Assembly: GCA_040954595.2 (NCBI GenBank)
Contig: CM082589.2
Span: 10,490,894-10,554,893 of the forward strand
DNA: 64,000 nt
Direction of reading: 5' to 3'
Source of the DNA: Balanoglossus misakiensis
Lineage: Eukaryota > Animalia > Hemichordata
Below, piece by piece: positions 29,400 through 45,160 of this stretch. The position numbers and the translations under genes were made by a program. A model generated the notes under the pieces. That model did not search any database, was not told the DNA's origin, and worked only from the letters and a program-made list of their open reading frames with translations. Every line of letters begins with the position of its first letter. Positions within the stretch are counted from its first letter, which is position 1.

Positions 29400-32300
29400 A
29401 TCCGTCGATCTACAGAGTCTAGTGGAAACGTTCTTATGCGCATAGGCCTATATATGTGTTCTGCGCATCACAACAGAATTTTGTAAACAAACGAGGCTGT
29501 GTTTGGTAGCAACCATGGACATTTTAGAACTATCTCTCGATCTACAGAGTCTATAGTGGAAAACTTTCTTATGCACATATGCCTATCTATGTGTTCTGCG
29601 CCTCACAACAGAATTCGGTAAATAAACGAGGCTGTTTGGAAGCAACCATGGAAATTTTACAACTATCCGTCGATCTACAGAGTCTAGTGGAAAACGTTAT
29701 TATGCGCATAGGCCTATATATGTGTTCTGCGCATCACAACAGAATTTTGTAAACAAACGAGGCTGTGTTTGGAAGCAACCATGGACATTTTAGAACTATC
29801 TCTCGATCTACAGAGTCTATAGTGGAAAACTTTCTTATGCACATAGGCCTATCTATGTGTTCTGTGCCTCACAACAGAATTCGGTAAATAAACGAGGCTG
29901 TTTGGAAGCAACCATGGAAATTTTACAACTATCCGTCGATCTACAGAGTCTAGTGGAAAACGTTCTTATGCGCATAGGCCTATATATGTGTTCTGCGCAT
30001 CACAAAAGAATTTTGTAAACAAACGAGGCTGTGTTTGGAAGCAACCATGGACATTTTAGAACTATCTCTCGATCTACAGAGTCTATAGTGGAAAACTTTC
30101 TTATGCACATATGCCTATCTATGTGTTCTGCGCCTCAAAACAGAATTCCGTAAATAAACGAGGCTGTTTGGAAGCAAACATGGCAATTTTAGAACTATCT
30201 CTCGATCTACAGAGTATAGTGGAAAACGTTCATATGCGCATAGGCCTATCTATGTGTTCTGCGCATCACAACAGAATTTTGTAAACAAACCAGGCTTTGT
30301 TTGGAAGCAACCATGGACATTTTAGAACTATTCGTCGATCTACGGAGTCTAGTGGAAAACTTTCTTATGCGCATAGGCATATGTATGTGTTCTACGCATC
30401 ACAACAGAATTCGGTAAATAAACGAGGCTGTTTGGAAACAACCATGGAAATTTTAGAACTATCCGTTGATCTAAAGTTGAAAAGTTTTTTATGCGCATAG
30501 GCCTATCTATGTGTTCTGCGCCTCACAACAGAAATCGGTAAATAAACGAGGCTGTTTGGAAGCAACCATGGAAATTTTACAACTATCTCTCGATCTACAG
30601 AGTCTATAGTGGAAAACTTTCTTATTCACATATGCCTATCTATGTGTTCTGCGCCTCAAAACAGAATTCCGCAAATAAACGAGGCTGTTTGGAAGCAAAC
30701 ATGGAAGTTTTAGAACTATCTCTCGATCTACAGTGTATAGTGGAAAACGTTCATATGCGCATAGGCCTATCTATGTGTTCTGCGCATCACAACAGAATTT
30801 TGTAAACAAACGAGGCTGTGTTTGGTAGCAACCATGGACATTTTAGAACTATCTCTCGATCTACAGAGTCTATAGTGGAAAACTTTCTTATGCACATATG
30901 CCTATCTATGTGTTCTGCGCCTCACAACAGAATTCGGTAAATAAACGAGGCTGTTTGGAAGCAACCATGGAAATTTTACAACTATCCGTCGATCTACGGA
31001 GTCTGGTGGAAAACTTTCTTATGCGCATAGGCCTATTACGTGTTCTGCGTCTCACAACAGAATTCGGTAAATAAACGAGGCTGTTTGGAAGCAACCATGG
31101 AAATTTTAGAACTATCTCTCGATCTACAGAGTCTAGTGGAAAACGTTCTTATGCGCATAGGCCTATATATGTGTTCTGCGCATCACAACAGAATTCGTAA
31201 ACAAACGAGGTTGTTTGGAAGCAACCATGGAAATTTTACAACTATCCGTCGATCTACAGAGTCTAGTGGAAAAATGTCTTATGCGCATTGGCCTATCATG
31301 TGTTCTGCGCCTCACAACAGAAATCAGTAAATAAACGAGGCTGTTTGGAAGCAACCATGGAAATTTTACAACTATCAGTCCATCTACAGAGTCTGGTGGA
31401 AAACTTTCTTATGCGCATAGGCCTATAACGTGTTCTGCGCCTAACAACAGAATTCGGTAAATAAACGAGGCTGTTTGGAAGCAACCATGGAAATTTTACA
31501 ACTATCCGTCGATCTACAGAGTCTAGTGGAAACGTTCTTATGCGCATAGGCCTATATATGTGTTCTGCGCATCACAACAGAATTTTGTAAACAAACGAGG
31601 CTGTGTTTGGTAGCAACCATGGACATTTTAGAACTATCTCTCGATCTACAGAGTCTATAGTGGAAAACTTTCTTATGCACATATGCCTATCTATGTGTTC
31701 TGCGCCTCACAACAGAATTCGGTAAATAAACGAGGCTGTTTGGAAGCAACCATGGAAATTTTACAACTATCCGTCGATCTACAGAGTCTAGTGGAAAACG
31801 TTATTATGCGCATAGGCCTATATATGTGTTCTGCGCATCACAACAGAATTTTGTAAACAAACGAGGCTGTGTTTGGAAGCAACCATGGACATTTTAGAAC
31901 TATCTCTCGATCTACAGAGTCTATAGTGGAAAACTTTCTTATGCACATAGGCCTATCTATGTGTTCTGTGCCTTACAACAGAATTCGGTAAATAAACGAG
32001 GCTGTTTGGAAGCAACCATGGAAATTTTACAACTATCCGTCGATGTACAGAGTCTAGTGGAAAACGTTATTATGCGCATAGGCCTATATATGTGTTCTGC
32101 GCATCACAACAGAATTTTGTAAACAAACGAGGCTGTGTTTGGAAGCAACCATGGACATTTTAGAACTATCTCTCGATCTACAGAGTCTATAGTGGAAAAC
32201 TTTCTTATGCACATATGCCTATCTATGTGTTCTGCGCCTCAAAACAGAATTCCGTAAATAAACGAGGCTGTTTGGAAGCAAACATGGAAATTTTAGAACT

Positions 32301-35300
32301 ATCTCTCGATCTACAGAGTATAGTGGAAAACGTTCATATGCGCATAGGCCTATCTATGTGTTCTGCGCATCACAACAGAATTTTGTAAACAAACCAGGCT
32401 TTGTTTGGAAGCAACCATGGACATTTTAGAACTATTCGTCGATCTACGGAGTCTAGTGGAAAACTTTCTTATGCGCATAGGCATATGTATGTGTTCTACG
32501 CATCACAACAGAATTCGGTAAATAAACGAGGCTGTTTGGAAACAACCATGGAAATTTTAGAACTATCCGTTGATCTAAAGTTGAAAAGTTTTTTATGCGC
32601 ATAGGCCTATCTATGTGTTCTGCGCCTCACAACAGAAATCGGTAAATAAACGAGGCTGTTTGGAAGCAACCATGGAAATTTTACAACTATCTCTCGATCT
32701 ACAGAGTCTATAGTGGAAAACTTTCTTATTCACATATGCCTATCTATGTGTTCTGCGCCTCAAAACAGAATTCCGCAAATAAACGAGGCTGTTTGGAAGC
32801 AAACATGGAAGTTTTAGAACTATCTCTCGATCTACAGTGTATGGTGGAAAACGTTCATATGCGCATAGGCCTATCTATGTGTTCTGCGCATCACAACAGA
32901 ATTTTGTAAACAAACGAGGCTGTGTTTGGTAGCAACCATGGACATTTTAGAACTATCTCTCGATCTACAGAGTCTATAGTGGAAAACTTTCTTATGCACA
33001 TATGCCTATCTATGTGTTCTGCGCCTCACAACAGAATTCGGTAAATAAACGAGGCTGTTTGGAAGCAACCATGGAAATTTTACAACTATCCGTCGATCTA
33101 CGGAGTCTGGTGGAAAACTTTCTTATGCGCATAGCCCTATATATGTGTTCTGCGCATCACAACAGAATTCGTAAACAAACGAGGTTGTTTGGAAGCAACC
33201 ATGGAAATTTTACAACTATCCGTCGATCTACAGAGTCTAGTGGAAAAATGTCTTATGCGCATTGGCCTATCATGTGTTCTGCGCCTCACAACAGAAATCA
33301 GTAAATAAACGAGGCTGTTTGGAAGCAACCATGGAAATTTTACAACTATCAGTCCATCTACAGAGTCTGGTGGAAAACTTTCTTATGCGCATAGGCCTAT
33401 AACGTGTTCTGCGCCTAACAACAGAATTCGGTAAATAAACGAGGCTGTTTGGAAGCAACCATGGAAATTTTACAACTATCCGTCGATCTACAGAGTCTGG
33501 TGGAAAACTTTCTTATGCGCATAGGCCTATAACGTGTTCTGCGCCTAACAACAGAATTCGGTAAATAAACGAGGCTGTTTGGAAGCAACCATGGAAATTT
33601 TACAACTATCCGTCGATCTACAGAGTCTAGTGGAAAACGTTATAATGCGCATAGGCCTATCTATGTGTTATGCGCATCACAACAGAAATCGGTAAATAAA
33701 CGAGGCTGTATTTGGAAGCAACCATGAACATTTTACAACTATCCGTCGATCTACAGAGTCTAGTGGAAAACGTTCTTATGCGCATAGGCCTATATATGTG
33801 TTCTGCGCATCACAACAGAATTCGGTAAACAAACGAGGTTGTTTGGAAGCAACCATGGACATTTTACAACTATCCGTCGATCTACAGAGTCTAGTGGAAA
33901 AATGTCGTATGCGCATAGGCCTATCATGTGTTCTGCGCCTCAAAACAGAATTCCGTAAATAAACGAGGCTGTTTGCAAGCAAACATGGAAATTTTACAGC
34001 TATCCGTCGATCTACAGAGTCTAGTGGAAAACGTTCTTTTGCGCATAGGCCTATATATGTGTTATGCGCATCACAACAGAAATCGGTAAATAAACGAGGC
34101 TGTATTTGGAAGCAACCATGGACATTTTACAACTATCCGTCGATCTACAGAGTCTTGTGGAAAACTTTCTAATGCGCATAGGCCTATTACGTGTTCTGCG
34201 CCTCACAACAGAATTCCGTAAATAAACGAGGCTGTTTGGAAGCAACCATGGAAATGTTAGAACTATCCGTCGATCTACAGAGTCTAGTGGAAAAATGTCT
34301 TATGCGCATAGGCCTATCATGTGTTCTGCGCCTCACAACAGAAATCGGTAAATAAACGAGGCAGTTTGGAAGCAACCATGGAAATTTTACAGCTATCCGT
34401 CGATCTACAGAGTCTAGTGGAAAACGTTCTTTTGCGCATAGGCCTATATATGTGTTCTGCGCATCACAACAGAATTTTGTAAACAAACGAGGCTGTGTTT
34501 GGAAGCAACCATGGACATTTTAGAACTATCTCTCGATCTACAGAGTCTATAGTGGAAAACTTTCTTATGCACATATGCCTATCTATGTGTTCTGCGCCTA
34601 AAAACAGAATTCCGTAAATAAACGAGGCTGTTTGGAAGCAAACATGGCAATTTTACAGCTATCCGTGGATATACAGAGTCTAGTGGAAAACGTTCTTATG
34701 CGCATAGGCCTATATATGTGTTCTGCGCATCACAACAGAATTTTGTAAACAAACGAGGCTGTGTTTGGAAGCAACCATGGAAATTTTAGAACTATCCGTT
34801 GATCTAAAGTTGAAAAGTTTTTTATGCGCATAGGCCTATCTATGTGTTCTGCGCCTCACAACAGAATTCGGTAAATAAACGAGGCTGTTTGGAAGCAACC
34901 ATGGAAATTTTACAACTATCTCTCGATCTACAGAGTCTATAGTGGAAAACTTTCTTATTCACATATGCCTATCTATGTGTTCTGCGCCTCAAAACAGAAT
35001 TCCGCAAATAAACGAGGCTGTTTGGAAGCAAACATGGAAGTTTTAGAACTATCTCTCGATCTACAGTGTATAGTGGAAAACGTTCATATGCGCATAGGCC
35101 TATCTATGTGTTCTGCGCATCACAACAGAATTTTGTAAACAAACGAGGCTGTGTTTGGTAGCAACCATGGACATTTTAGAACTATCTCTCGATCTACAGA
35201 GTCTATAGTGGAAAACTTTCTTATGCACATAGGCCTATCTATGTGTTCTGCGCCTCACAACGGAATTCGGTAAATAAACGAGGCTGTTTGGAAGCAACCA

Positions 35301-38300
35301 TGGAAATTTTACAACTATCCGTCGATCTACGGAGTCTGGTGGAAAACTTTCTTATGCGCATAGGCCTATTACGTGTTCTGCGTCTCACAACAGAATTCGG
35401 TAAATAAACGAGGCTGTTTGGAAGCAACCATGGAAATTTTAGAACTATCTCTCGATCTACAGAGTCTAGTGGAAAACGTTCTTATGCGCATAGGCCTATA
35501 TATGTGTTCTGCGCATCACAACAGAATTCGTAAACAAACGAGGTTGTTTGGAAGCAACCATGGAAATTTTACAACTATCCGTCGATCTACAGAGTCTAGT
35601 GGAAAAATGTCTTATGCGCATTGGCCTATCATGTGTTCTGCGCCTCACAACAGAAATCAGTAAATAAACGAGGCTGTTTGGAAGCAACCATGGAAATTTT
35701 ACAACTATCCGTCGATCTACAGAGTCTAGTGGAAACGTTCTTATGCGCATAGGCCTATATATGTGTTCTGCGCATCACAACAGAATTTTGTAAACAAACG
35801 AGGCTGTGTTTGGTAGCAACCATGGACATTTTAGAACTATCTCTCGATCTACAGAGTCTATAGTGGAAAACTTTCTTATGCACATATGCCTATCTATGTG
35901 TTCTGCGCCTCACAACAGAATTCGGTAAATAAACGAGGCTGTTTGGAAGCAACCATGGAAATTTTACAACTATCCGTCGATCTACAGAGTCTAGTGGAAA
36001 ACGTTATTATGCGCATAGGCCTATATATGTGTTCTGCGCATCACAACAGAATTTTGTAAACAAACGAGGCTGTGTTTGGAAGCAACCATGGACATTTTAG
36101 AACTATCTCTCGATCTACAGAGTCTATAGTGGAAAACTTTCTTATGCACATAGGCCTATCTATGTGTTCTGTGCCTTACAACAGAATTCGGTAAATAAAC
36201 GAGGCTGTTTGGAAGCAACCATGGAAATTTTACAACTATCCGTCGATCTACAGAGTCTAGTGGAAAACGTTATTATGCGCATAGGCCTATATATGTGTTC
36301 TGCGCATCACAACAGAATTTTGTAAACAAACGAGGCTGTGTTTGGAAGCAACCATGGACATTTTAGAACTATCTCTCGATCTACAGAGTCTATAGTGGAA
36401 AACTTTCTTATGCACATATGCCTATCTATGTGTTCTGCGCCTCAAAACAGAATTCCGTAAATAAACGAGGCTGTTTGGAAGCAAACATGGAAATTTTAGA
36501 ACTATCTCTCGATCTACAGAGTATAGTGGAAAACGTTCATATGCGCATAGGCCTATCTATGTGTTCTGCGCATCACAACAGAATTTTGTAAACAAACCAG
36601 GCTTTGTTTGGAAGCAACCATGGACATTTTAGAACTATTCGTCGATCTACGGAGTCTAGTGGAAAACTTTCTTATGCGCATAGGCATATGTATGTGTTCT
36701 ACGCATCACAACAGAATTCGGTAAATAAACGAGGCTGTTTGGAAACAACCATGGAAATTTTAGAACTATCCGTTGATCTAAAGTTCAAAAGTTTTTTATG
36801 CGCATAGGCCTATCTATGTGTTCTGCGCCTCACAACAGAAATCGGTAAATAAACGAGGCTGTTTGGAAGCAACCATGGAAATTTTACAACTATCTCTCGA
36901 TCTACAGAGTCTATAGTGGAAAACTTTCTTATTCACATATGCCTATCTATGTGTTCTGCGCCTCAAAACAGAATTCCGCAAATAAACGAGGCTGTTTGGA
37001 AGCAAACATGGAAGTTTTAGAACTATCTCTCGATCTACAGTGTATGGTGGAAAACGTTCATATGCGCATAGGCCTATCTATGTGTTCTGCGCATCACAAC
37101 AGAATTTTGTAAACAAACGAGGCTGTGTTTGGTAGCAACCATGGACATTTTAGAACTATCTCTCGATCTACAGAGTCTATAGTGGAAAACTTTCTTATGC
37201 ACATATGCCTATCTATGTGTTCTGCGCCTCACAACAGAATTCGGTAAATAAACGAGGCTGTTTGGAAGCAACCATGGAAATTTTACAACTATCCGTCGAT
37301 CTACGGAGTCTGGTGGAAAACTTTCTTATGCGCATAGCCCTATATATGTGTTCTGCGCATCACAACAGAATTTTGTAAACAAACGAGGCTGTGTTTGGTA
37401 GCAACCATGGACATTTTAGAACTATCTCTCGATCTACAGAGTCTATAGTGGAAAACTTTCTTATGCACATAGGCCTATCTATGTGTTCTGCGCCTCACAA
37501 CAGAATTCGGTAAATAAACGAGGCTGTTTGGAAGCAACCATGGAAATTTTACAACTATCCGTCGATCTACGGAGTCTGGTGGAAAACTTTCTTATGCGCA
37601 TAGGCCTATTACGTGTTCTGCGTCTCACAACAGAATTCGGTAAATAAACGAGGCTGTTTGGAAGCAACCATGGAAATTTTAGAACTATCTCTCGATCTAC
37701 AGAGTCTAGTGGAAAACGTTCTTATGCGCATAGGCCTATATATGTGTTCTGCGCATCACAACAGAATTCGTAAACAAACGAGGTTGTTTGGAAGCAACCA
37801 TGGAAATTTTACAACTATCCGTCGATCTACAGAGTCTAGTGGAAAAATGTCTTATGCGCATTGGCCTATCATGTGTTCTGCGCCTCACAACAGAAATCAG
37901 TAAATAAACGAGGCTGTTTGGAAGCAACCATGGAAATTTTACAACTATCCGTCGATCTACAGAGTCTAGTGGAAACGTTCTTATGCGCATAGGCCTATAT
38001 ATGTGTTCTGCGCATCACAACAGAATTTTGTAAACAAACGAGGCTGTGTTTGGTAGCAACCATGGACATTTTAGAACTATCTCTCGATCTACAGAGTCTA
38101 TAGTGGAAAACTTTCTTATGCACATATGCCTATCTATGTGTTCTGCGCCTCACAACAGAATTCGGTAAATAAACGAGGCTGTTTGGAAGCAACCATGGAA
38201 ATTTTACAACTATCCGTCGATCTACAGAGTCTAGTGGAAAACGTTATTATGCGCATAGGCCTATATATGTGTTCTGCGCATCACAACAGAATTTTGTAAA

Positions 38301-41300
38301 CAAACGAGGCTGTGTTTGGAAGCAACCATGGACATTTTAGAACTATCTCTCGATCTACAGAGTCTATAGTGGAAAACTTTCTTATGCACATAGGCCTATC
38401 TATGTGTTCTGTGCCTTACAACAGAATTCGGTAAATAAACGAGGCTGTTTGGAAGCAACCATGGAAATTTTACAACTATCCGTCGATCTACAGAGTCTAG
38501 TGGAAAACGTTATTATGCGCATAGGCCTATATATGTGTTCTGCGCATCACAACAGAATTTTGTAAACAAACGAGGCTGTGTTTGGAAGCAACCATGGACA
38601 TTTTAGAACTATCTCTCGATCTACAGAGTCTATAGTGGAAAACTTTCTTATGCACATATGCCTATCTATGTGTTCTGCGCCTCAAAACAGAATTCCGTAA
38701 ATAAACGAGGCTGTTTGGAAGCAAACATGGAAATTTTAGAACTATCTCTCGATCTACAGAGTATAGTGGAAAACGTTCATATGCGCATAGGCCTATCTAT
38801 GTGTTCTGCGCATCACAACAGAATTTTGTAAACAAACCAGGCTTTGTTTGGAAGCAACCATGGACATTTTAGAACTATTCGTCGATCTACGGAGTCTAGT
38901 GGAAAACTTTCTTATGCGCATAGGCATATGTATGTGTTCTACGCATCACAACAGAATTCGGTAAATAAACGAGGCTGTTTGGAAACAACCATGGAAATTT
39001 TAGAACTATCCGTTGATCTAAAGTTGAAAAGTTTTTTATGCGCATAGGCCTATCTATGTGTTCTGCGCCTCACAACAGAAATCGGTAAATAAACGAGGCT
39101 GTTTGGAAGCAACCATGGAAATTTTACAACTATCTCTCGATCTACAGAGTCTATAGTGGAAAACTTTCTTATTCACATATGCCTATCTATGTGTTCTGCG
39201 CCTCACAACAGAAATCGGTAAATAAACGAGGCTGTTTGGAAGCAACCATGGAAATTTTACAACTATCCGTCGATCTACAGAGTCTAGTGGAAAACGTTAT
39301 TATGCGCATAGGCCTATATATGTGTTCTGCGCATCACAACAGAATTTTGTAAACAAACGAGGCTGTGTTTGGAAGCAACCATGGACATTTTAGAACTATC
39401 TCTCGATCTACAGAGTCTATAGTGGAAAACTTTCTTATGCACATAGGCCTATCTATGTGTTCTGTGCCTTACAACAGAATTCGGTAAATAAACGAGGCTG
39501 TTTGGAAGCAACCATGGAAATTTTACAACTATCCGTCGATCTACAGAGTCTAGTGGAAAACGTTATTATGCGCATAGGCCTATATATGTGTTCTGCGCAT
39601 CACAACAGAATTTTGTAAACAAACGAGGCTGTGTTTGGAAGCAACCATGGACATTTTAGAACTATCTCTCGATCTACAGAGTCTATAGTGGAAAACTTTC
39701 TTATGCACATAGGCCTATCTATGTGTTCTGTGCCTTACAACAGAATTCGGTAAATAAACGAGGCTGTTTGGAAGCAACCATGGAAATTTTACAACTATCC
39801 GTCGATCTACAGAGTCTAGTGGAAAACGTTATTATGCGCATAGGCCTATATATGTGTTCTGCGCATCACAACAGAATTTTGTAAACAAACGAGGCTGTGT
39901 TTGGAAGCAACCATGGACATTTTAGAACTATCTCTCGATCTACAGAGTCTATAGTGGAAAACTTTCTTATGCACATATGCCTATCTATGTGTTCTGCGCC
40001 TCAAAACAGAATTCCGTAAATAAACGAGGCTGTTTGGAAGCAAACATGGAAATTTTAGAACTATCTCTCGATCTACAGAGTATAGTGGAAAACGTTCATA
40101 TGCGCATAGGCCTATCTATGTGTTCTGCGCATCACAACAGAATTTTGTAAACAAACCAGGCTTTGTTTGGAAGCAACCATGGACATTTTAGAACTATTCG
40201 TCGATCTACGGAGTCTAGTGGAAAACTTTCTTATGCGCATAGGCATATGTATGTGTTCTACGCATCACAACAGAATTCGGTAAATAAACGAGGCTGTTTG
40301 GAAACAACCATGGAAATTTTAGAACTATCCGTTGATCTAAAGTTGAAAAGTTTTTTATGCGCATAGGCCTATCTATGTGTTCTGCGCCTCACAACAGAAA
40401 TCGGTAAATAAACGAGGCTGTTTGGAAGCAACCATGGAAATTTTACAACTATCTCTCGATCTACAGAGTCTATAGTGGAAAACTTTCTTATTCACATATG
40501 CCTATCTATGTGTTCTGCGCCTCAAAACAGAATTCCGCAAATAAACGAGGCTGTTTGGAAGCAAACATGGAAGTTTTAGAACTATCTCTCGATCTACAGT
40601 GTATGGTGGAAAACGTTCATATGCGCATAGGCCTATCTATGTGTTCTGCGCATCACAACAGAATTTTGTAAACAAACGAGGCTGTGTTTGGTAGCAACCA
40701 TGGACATTTTAGAACTATCTCTCGATCTACAGAGTCTATAGTGGAAAACTTTCTTATGCACATATGCCTATCTATGTGTTCTGCGCCTCACAACAGAATT
40801 CGGTAAATAAACGAGGCTGTTTGGAAGCAACCATGGAAATTTTACAACTATCCGTCGATCTACGGAGTCTGGTGGAAAACTTTCTTATGCGCATAGCCCT
40901 ATATATGTGTTCTGCGCATCACAACAGAATTCGTAAACAAACGAGGTTGTTTGGAAGCAACCATGGAAATTTTACAACTATCCGTCGATCTACAGAGTCT
41001 AGTGGAAAAATGTCTTATGCGCATTGGCCTATCATGTGTTCTGCGCCTCACAACAGAAATCAGTAAATAAACGAGGCTGTTTGGAAGCAACCATGGAAAT
41101 TTTACAACTATCAGTCCATCTACAGAGTCTGGTGGAAAACTTTCTTATGCGCATAGGCCTATAACGTGTTCTGCGCCTAACAACAGAATTCGGTAAATAA
41201 ACGAGGCTGTTTGGAAGCAACCATGGAAATTTTACAAAAATCCGTCGATCTACAGAGTCTGGTGGAAAACTTTCTTATGCGCATAGGCCTATAACGTGTT

Positions 41301-44300
41301 CTGCGCCTAACAACAGAATTCGGTAAATAAACGAGGCTGTTTGGAAGCAACCATGGAAATTTTACAACTATCCGTCGATCTACAGAGTCTAGTGGAAAAC
41401 GTTATAATGCGCATAGGCCTATCTATGTGTTATGCGCATCACAACAGAAATCGGTAAATAAACGAGGCTGTATTTGGAAGCAACCATGAACATTTTACAA
41501 CTATCCGTCGATCTACAGAGTCTAGTGGAAAACGTTCTTATGCGCATAGGCCTATATATGTGTTCTGCGCATCACAACAGAATTCGGTAAACAAACGAGG
41601 TTGTTTGGAAGCAACCATGGAAATTTTACAACTATCCGTCGATCTACAGAGTCTAGTGGAAAAATGTCGTATGCGCATAGGCCTATCATGTGTTCTGCGC
41701 CTCAAAACAGAATTCCGTAAATAAACAAGGCTGTTTGCAAGCAAACATGGAAATTTTACAGCTATCCGTCGATCTACAGAGTCTAGTGGAAAACGTTCTT
41801 TTGCGCATAGGCCTATATATATGTTATGCGCATCACAACAGAAATCGGTAAATAAACGAGGCTGTATTTGGAAGCAACCATGGACATTTTACAACTATCC
41901 GTCGATCTACAGAGTCCTGTGGAAAATTTTCTAATGCGCATAGGCCTATTACGTGTTCTGCGCCTCACAACAGAATTCCGTAAATAAACGAGGCTGTTTG
42001 GAAGCAACCATGGAAATTTTACAACTATCCGTCGATCTACGGAGTCTGGTGGAAAACTTTCTTATGCGCATAGGCCTATTACGTGTTCTGCGTCTCACAA
42101 CAGAATTCGGTAAATAAACGAGGCTGTTTGGAAGCAACCATGGAAATTTTAGAACTATCTCTCGATCTACAGAGTCTAGTGGAAAACGTTCTTATGCGCA
42201 TAGGCCTATATATGTGTTCTGCGCATCACAACAGAATTCGTAAACAAACGAGGTTGTTTGGAAGCAACCATGGAAATTTTACAACTATCCGTCGATCTAC
42301 AGAGTCTAGTGGAAAAATGTCTTATGCGCATTGGCCTATCATGTGTTCTGCGCCTCACAACAGAAATCAGTAAATAAACGAGGCTGTTTGGAAGCAACCA
42401 TGGAAATTTTACAACTATCCGTCGATCTACAGAGTCTAGTGGAAACGTTCTTATGCGCATAGGCCTATATATGTGTTCTGCGCATCACAACAGAATTTTG
42501 TAAACAAACGAGGCTGTGTTTGGTAGCAACCATGGACATTTTAGAACTATCTCTCGATCTACAGAGTCTATAGTGGAAAACTTTCTTATGCACATATGCC
42601 TATCTATGTGTTCTGCGCCTCACAACAGAATTCGGTAAATAAACGAGGCTGTTTGGAAGCAACCATGGAAATTTTACAACTATCCGTCGATCTACAGAGT
42701 CTAGTGGAAAACGTTATTATGCGCATAGGCCTATATATGTGTTCTGCGCATCACAACAGAATTTTGTAAACAAACGAGGCTGTGTTTGGAAGCAACCATG
42801 GACATTTTAGAACTATCTCTCGATCTACAGAGTCTATAGTGGAAAACTTTCTTATGCACATAGGCCTATCTATGTGTTCTGTGCCTTACAACAGAATTCG
42901 GTAAATAAACGAGGCTGTTTGGAAGCAACCATGGAAATTTTACAACTATCCGTCGATCTACAGAGTCTAGTGGAAAACGTTATTATGCGCATAGGCCTAT
43001 ATATGTGTTCTGCGCATCACAACAGAATTTTGTAAACAAACGAGGCTGTGTTTGGAAGCAACCATGGACATTTTAGAACTATCTCTCGATCTACAGAGTC
43101 TATAGTGGAAAACTTTCTTATGCACATATGCCTATCTATGTGTTCTGCGCCTCAAAACAGAATTCCGTAAATAAACGAGGCTGTTTGGAAGCAAACATGG
43201 AAATTTTAGAACTATCTCTCGATCTACAGAGTATAGTGGAAAACGTTCATATGCGCATAGGCCTATCTATGTGTTCTGCGCATCACAACAGAATTTTGTA
43301 AACAAACCAGGCTTTGTTTGGAAGCAACCATGGACATTTTAGAACTATTCGTCGATCTACGGAGTCTAGTGGAAAACTTTCTTATGCGCATAGGCATATG
43401 TATGTGTTCTACGCATCACAACAGAATTCGGTAAATAAACGAGGCTGTTTGGAAACAACCATGGAAATTTTAGAACTATCCGTTGATCTAAAGTTGAAAA
43501 GTTTTTTATGCGCATAGGCCTATCTATGTGTTCTGCGCCTCACAACAGAAATCGGTAAATAAACGAGGCTGTTTGGAAGCAACCATGGAAATTTTACAAC
43601 TATCTCTCGATCTACAGAGTCTATAGTGGAAAACTTTCTTATTCACATATGCCTATCTATGTGTTCTGCGCCTCAAAACAGAATTCCGCAAATAAACGAG
43701 GCTGTTTGGAAGCAAACATGGAAGTTTTAGAACTATCTCTCGATCTACAGTGTATGGTGGAAAACGTTCATATGCGCATAGGCCTATCTATGTGTTCTGC
43801 GCATCACAACAGAATTTTGTAAACAAACGAGGCTGTGTTTGGTAGCAACCATGGACATTTTAGAACTATCTCTCGATCTACAGAGTCTATAGTGGAAAAC
43901 TTTCTTATGCACATATGCCTATCTATGTGTTCTGCGCCTCACAACAGAATTCGGTAAATAAACGAGGCTGTTTGGAAGCAACCATGGAAATTTTACAACT
44001 ATCCGTCGATCTACGGAGTCTGGTGGAAAACTTTCTTATGCGCATAGCCCTATATATGTGTTCTGCGCATCACAACAGAATTCGTAAACAAACGAGGTTG
44101 TTTGGAAGCAACCATGGAAATTTTACAACTATCCGTCGATCTACAGAGTCTAGTGGAAAAATGTCTTATGCGCATTGGCCTATCATGTGTTCTGCGCCTC
44201 ACAACAGAAATCAGTAAATAAACGAGGCTGTTTGGAAGCAACCATGGAAATTTTACAACTATCAGTCCATCTACAGAGTCTGGTGGAAAACTTTCTTATG

Positions 44301-45160
44301 CGCATAGGCCTATAACGTGTTCTGCGCCTAACAACAGAATTCGGTAAATAAACGAGGCTGTTTGGAAGCAACCATGGAAATTTTACAAAAATCCGTCGAT
44401 CTACAGAGTCTGGTGGAAAACTTTCTTATGCGCATAGGCCTATAACGTGTTCTGCGCCTAACAACAGAATTCGGTAAATAAACGAGGCTGTTTGGAAGCA
44501 ACCATGGAAATTTTACAACTATCCGTCGATCTACAGAGTCTAGTGGAAAACGTTATAATGCGCATAGGCCTATCTATGTGTTATGCGCATCACAACAGAA
44601 ATCGGTAAATAAACGAGGCTGTATTTGGAAGCAACCATGAACATATTACAACTATCCGTCGATCTACAGAGTCTAGTGGAAAACGTTCTTATGCGCATAG
44701 GCCTATATATGTGTTCTGCGCATCACAACAGAATTCGGTAAACAAACGAGGTTGTTTGGAAGCAACCATGGAAATTTTACAACTATCCGTCGATCTACAG
44801 AGTCTAGTGGAAAAATGTCGTATGCGCATAGGCCTATCATGTGTTCTGCGCCTCAAAACAGAATTCCGTAAATAAACAAGGCTGTTTGCAAGCAAACATG
44901 GAAATTTTACAGCTATCCGTCGATCTACAGAGTCTAGTGGAAAACGTTCTTTTGCGCATAGGCCTATATATATGTTATGCGCATCACAACAGAAATCGGT
45001 AAATAAACGAGGCTGTATTTGGAAGCAACCATGGACATTTTACAACTATCCGTCGATCTACAGAGTCCTGTGGAAAACTTTCTAATGCGCATAGGCCTAT
45101 TACGTGTTCTGCGCCTCACAACAGAATTCCGTAAATAAACGAGGCTGTTTGGAAGCAAAC
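29400..45160 (+). repeat. Right-hand satellite layer with duplication offsets 2104, 2240, 3151, 4470 and 7762 bp
   Basis: ORF pairs 30297/32401, 35373/37613, 40163/43314, 37613/42083, 33002/40764. Layer-specific variants GCATTGGCC, AAATCAGTAA, CAGTCCATC, GCCTTACAA. Confidence 0.9.
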
